Origin: an uncultured Fibrobacteraceae bacterium
GTDB taxonomy: Bacteria > Krumholzibacteriota > Krumholzibacteriia > LZORAL124-64-63
Assembly (NCBI GenBank): GCA_964436825.1
Contig: CAYTEO010000003.1
Span: 64,679 to 128,678 of the forward strand
DNA: 64,000 nucleotides
Reading direction: 5' to 3'
Shown here piece after piece: positions 61,475 through 64,000 of the stretch (positions within the stretch are counted from its first letter, which is position 1; the number at the start of each line of letters is the position of its first letter). Below the pieces are notes generated by a model, which was given only the letters and a program-made list of their open reading frames with translations, was not told the DNA's origin and did no database searches. The position numbers and the translations under genes are program-made.

Positions 61475-63193
61475 ATGGACAAGCTCGTCGAATGCGTGCC
61501 CAACATCAGCGAGGGACGGGACCGGCGGATCATCGACGCCGTCGCCGGTGTCGTCCGCGAGACCGAGGGTGTCACCCTGCTGGACGTCGATCCCGGCGCC
61601 GACACGAACCGGACCGTCATCACCTTCATCGGTCCCCCCGACCCGGTGGCCGAGGCGGCCTTCCGCCTGGTGGCCAAGGCGGCCGAGCTGATCGACATGT
61701 CCCGTCACCAGGGCGCCCACCCCCGTCACGGCGCCACCGACGTCTGTCCCTTCGTCCCGGTGCGCGGCGTGACGATGGACGAGTGCGTCGAGCTGGCCCG
61801 GCGGGTCGGCAGGCGGATCGGCGAGGAGCTGCAGATCCCCGTCTACCTCTACGAGCACGCCGCCACCCGGCCGGAGCGGCGCAACCTGGCCCACGTCCGC
61901 CAGGGGGAGTACGAGGCGCTGCCGGAGAAGCTCGGCACCGAGGAGTGGGTCCCCGACTTCGGGCCGAACGAGTGGAACGAGCACGTGGCCCGCAGCGGCG
62001 CCACCAGCGTCGGGGCGCGCAACTTCCTGGTGGCCTACAACGTCAACCTGAACACGCGGGCGCGGAAGATCGCCTCGGACATCGCCCTGGACATCCGCGA
62101 GGGCGGCCGGGCCAAGCGTGACGCCGAGGGGAAGATCGTCCGCGACGCCGACGGCAACGTGGTCAAGGTGCCCGGCAGGCACCGCCTGCCCGCCTGCAAG
62201 GCCGTCGGCTGGGTCATCGAGGAGTACGACCGGGCCCAGGTCTCCATCAACCTGGTCGACACGTCGGTCACCAAGCCCCACGACGCCTTCGAGGCCTGCC
62301 GCGCCGCCGCCCGCGAGCGCGGCGTCCGTGTCACCGGCAGCGAGCTGGTGGGCCTGATCCCCGAGCAGGACCTGCTGGCCGCCGGCCGTTTCTACCAGGA
62401 GCAGGCGGGCCAGTCCCCCGGGCTGCCGCGGCGCCAGCTCATCGAAACGGCGATCCAGAGCCTGGGGCTGCGCGACCTGGGCGAGTTCGACCCGGCCCGG
62501 AAGGTCATCGAGTACCAGGCCGGCATGGTCGACGGTCCCCTGGTCTCCATGACGAACCGCGAGTTCGTCGACGAGCTGTCGACCGACTCCCCCGCCCCCG
62601 GCGGCGGGTCGGTGGCGGCCCTCTGCGGCGCCCAGGCCGCGGCGCTGGTGGCCATGGTGGCCAACCTGACCGTCGGCAAGAAGAAGTACGCCGACGTCCA
62701 GGCGCGGGTGAAGGAGATCGCCGTGGAGGCCCAGGAACTCAAGGACGGCCTGCTGCGCGCCATGGACGACGACACGGCCGCCTTCAACAAGGTCATGGAG
62801 GCCTTCAAGCTGCCGCGCAAGACCGACGAGCAGAAGCGGGAGCGGGAGCTGGCCGTCGCCGCCGCCACGCGCGAGGCGACCCGGATCCCCCTGGCGGTCC
62901 TCGAGCGGATGCCGCGGGTCCTGGAGCTGGCGGACGAGATCGCGCGGATCGGCAACGCCGCCTCCCTCTCGGACGCCGGCGTGGCCGCCCTGGCGGCGAT
63001 GACCGCGGCCGAGGGGGCCTGGTACAACGTCCTGATCAACCTGGCGTCGCTGGCGGAGCTGGACCAGGGCGAGGCGCCCGGCTTCGTGGACGAGACGCGC
63101 CAGCGTGCCGACGCCGTCCTGGAGCGCTGCGAGCGGCTGGCGGCGGAGACCCGGGAGGTGGTGCGGCACCGCCTGCGCGAGCCGCTGGACTGA
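61475..63193 (+). CDS. ftcD: Bifunctional glutamate formiminotransferase/formiminotetrahydrofolate cyclodeaminase
   Basis: LVECVPNISEGR, D.NRTV.T, H.GAHPR.GATDVCPFVP, AQVSINL; C-terminal S.DSPAPGGGSVAAL, SLSDAGVA. Confidence 0.94.
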   Translation: MDKLVECVPNISEGRDRRIIDAVAGVVRETEGVTLLDVDPGADTNRTVITFIGPPDPVAEAAFRLVAKAAELIDMSRHQGAHPRHGATDVCPFVPVRGVTMDECVELARRVGRRIGEELQIPVYLYEHAATRPERRNLAHVRQGEYEALPEKLGTEEWVPDFGPNEWNEHVARSGATSVGARNFLVAYNVNLNTRARKIASDIALDIREGGRAKRDAEGKIVRDADGNVVKVPGRHRLPACKAVGWVIEEYDRAQVSINLVDTSVTKPHDAFEACRAAARERGVRVTGSELVGLIPEQDLLAAGRFYQEQAGQSPGLPRRQLIETAIQSLGLRDLGEFDPARKVIEYQAGMVDGPLVSMTNREFVDELSTDSPAPGGGSVAALCGAQAAALVAMVANLTVGKKKYADVQARVKEIAVEAQELKDGLLRAMDDDTAAFNKVMEAFKLPRKTDEQKRERELAVAAATREATRIPLAVLERMPRVLELADEIARIGNAASLSDAGVAALAAMTAAEGAWYNVLINLASLAELDQGEAPGFVDETRQRADAVLERCERLAAETREVVRHRLREPLD

Positions 63194-63205
63194 CGGTCAT
63201 TCCCG

Positions 63206-63234
63206 TTGAGACGCGGCGGGGATCGTCCTACACT
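63206..63234 (+). promoter_or_regulatory. sigma70-type promoter for MFS gene
   Basis: TTGAGA-N17-TACACT. Confidence 0.6.
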
Positions 63235-63267
63235 GCGCCGACACCGGGAATCCAACGAAGGGAAGGA

Positions 63268-64000
63268 CATGAACGACAGCAGCAAGCAACCGGCGGAAGC
63301 CAAGAGCCTGGGCCAGGTCGTCGCCGACGCCTTCGACGAGCTCGGCAAGACCGCCGCGGCCTTCCTGAAGGCACCGAAGGCCCTCTGGGGGATCAACATC
63401 CCCTACGTCATCGAGGGACTGGTCTACTTCGGGATCCTGACGATCCTGGGCAAGTTCTGCTCCGAGAACGTCCAGCTCACCGATCCCCAGGCCGGCTGGG
63501 TCTACTCGGCCGTCACCGGCGGCATCACCCTGGCCATGCTCTTCCTGGGCGGGGTCAGCGACAGGATCGGCGTGCGCAAGGCGCTGATCGTCGCCTTCAC
63601 CATGTTCTTCATCGGCCGTTTCCTGATCGCCCTCTCGGGCACCCTGCCCCTGGGCCACGGGATCACCTCGCCCATGTTCTTCATGCTGGTGGCGGGCCTG
63701 GCCATCATGGTCGTCGCCTACGGCCTGTACCAACCGGCGGCCTATGCTGGTGTCCGTCGCTACACGAATCCCCAGACCGCGGCCATGGGCTACGCGGTCA
63801 TCTACGGCCTGATGAACCTGGGAGCCTTCTTCAGCGGCTTCATCTCGCCGCTGGTACGGCACCACTTCGAGAGCACGTTTCCCCCCAACGGCCTGACCGC
63901 CGTCTTCTGGACCTACGACCTGCTCGTGCTCGGTGCCCTGCTGGTCACCCTGCTGATCCTGACCCGCAAGACCGACGCCCAGGCTGTCGCCCGCGTGGCC
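63268..64000 (+). CDS. MFS transporter (3' end beyond window)
   Basis: Not in the track because there is no stop in the window. Manual translation: MNDSSKQ...GGVSDRIGVRKAL (MFS motif A)...YGLYQPAAYAGV...IYGLMNLGAFFSG; multiple TMs; SD AAGGA. Confidence 0.85.

Overview
A gene-dense, very GC-rich bacterial chromosomal segment. I found no recognisable rRNA, tRNA, CRISPR array or mobile element. Most long ORFs in the supplied track are GC-rich shadow frames; about 52 real CDSs can be read, many joined by ATGA/GTGA/TTGA overlaps. Left to right: an hsp20-lon-GT9-GT9(waaF-like) operon; a PfkB kinase; a HIT protein; a small basic coiled-coil/winged-helix protein; an orphan oligopeptide-binding lipoprotein behind two tandem ~1,600-aa gingipain-like (C25) proteases with FG-GAP repeats and an FlgD-Ig/T9SS-like C-terminal domain; surface-glycan genes (ESDDWG deacetylase-like, methyltransferase, WecA, GT4, O-antigen ligase); glnA; PIN-PhoH; a suhB-cutA-nhaC-SAM hydrolase-lipoprotein operon; rnfCDGEA-(Tat/NusG-II)-apbE-rnfB-rseC and nfuA; a GT-C-like/sulfatase pair; glutaryl-CoA dehydrogenase; a complete nuoA-N operon with fused nuoCD; a class IV aminotransferase; an NYN nuclease; fused FTCD; and a truncated MFS transporter. 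The C25 and FlgD-CTD proteins plus high GC suggest an FCB-group candidate lineage such as Krumholzibacteriota/Latescibacterota (inference only). Best leads: (1) the tandem secreted protease plus peptide-capture module with a T9SS-like tail; (2) a Rok-like putative nucleoid/silencer protein; (3) a shared TGTT-N8-AACA (Rex-like) element upstream of both the rnf and nuo operons; (4) a Tat-exported NusG-II fusion and an RnfB that has lost one Fe-S cluster. All family assignments come from motifs read by eye; no database search was run.
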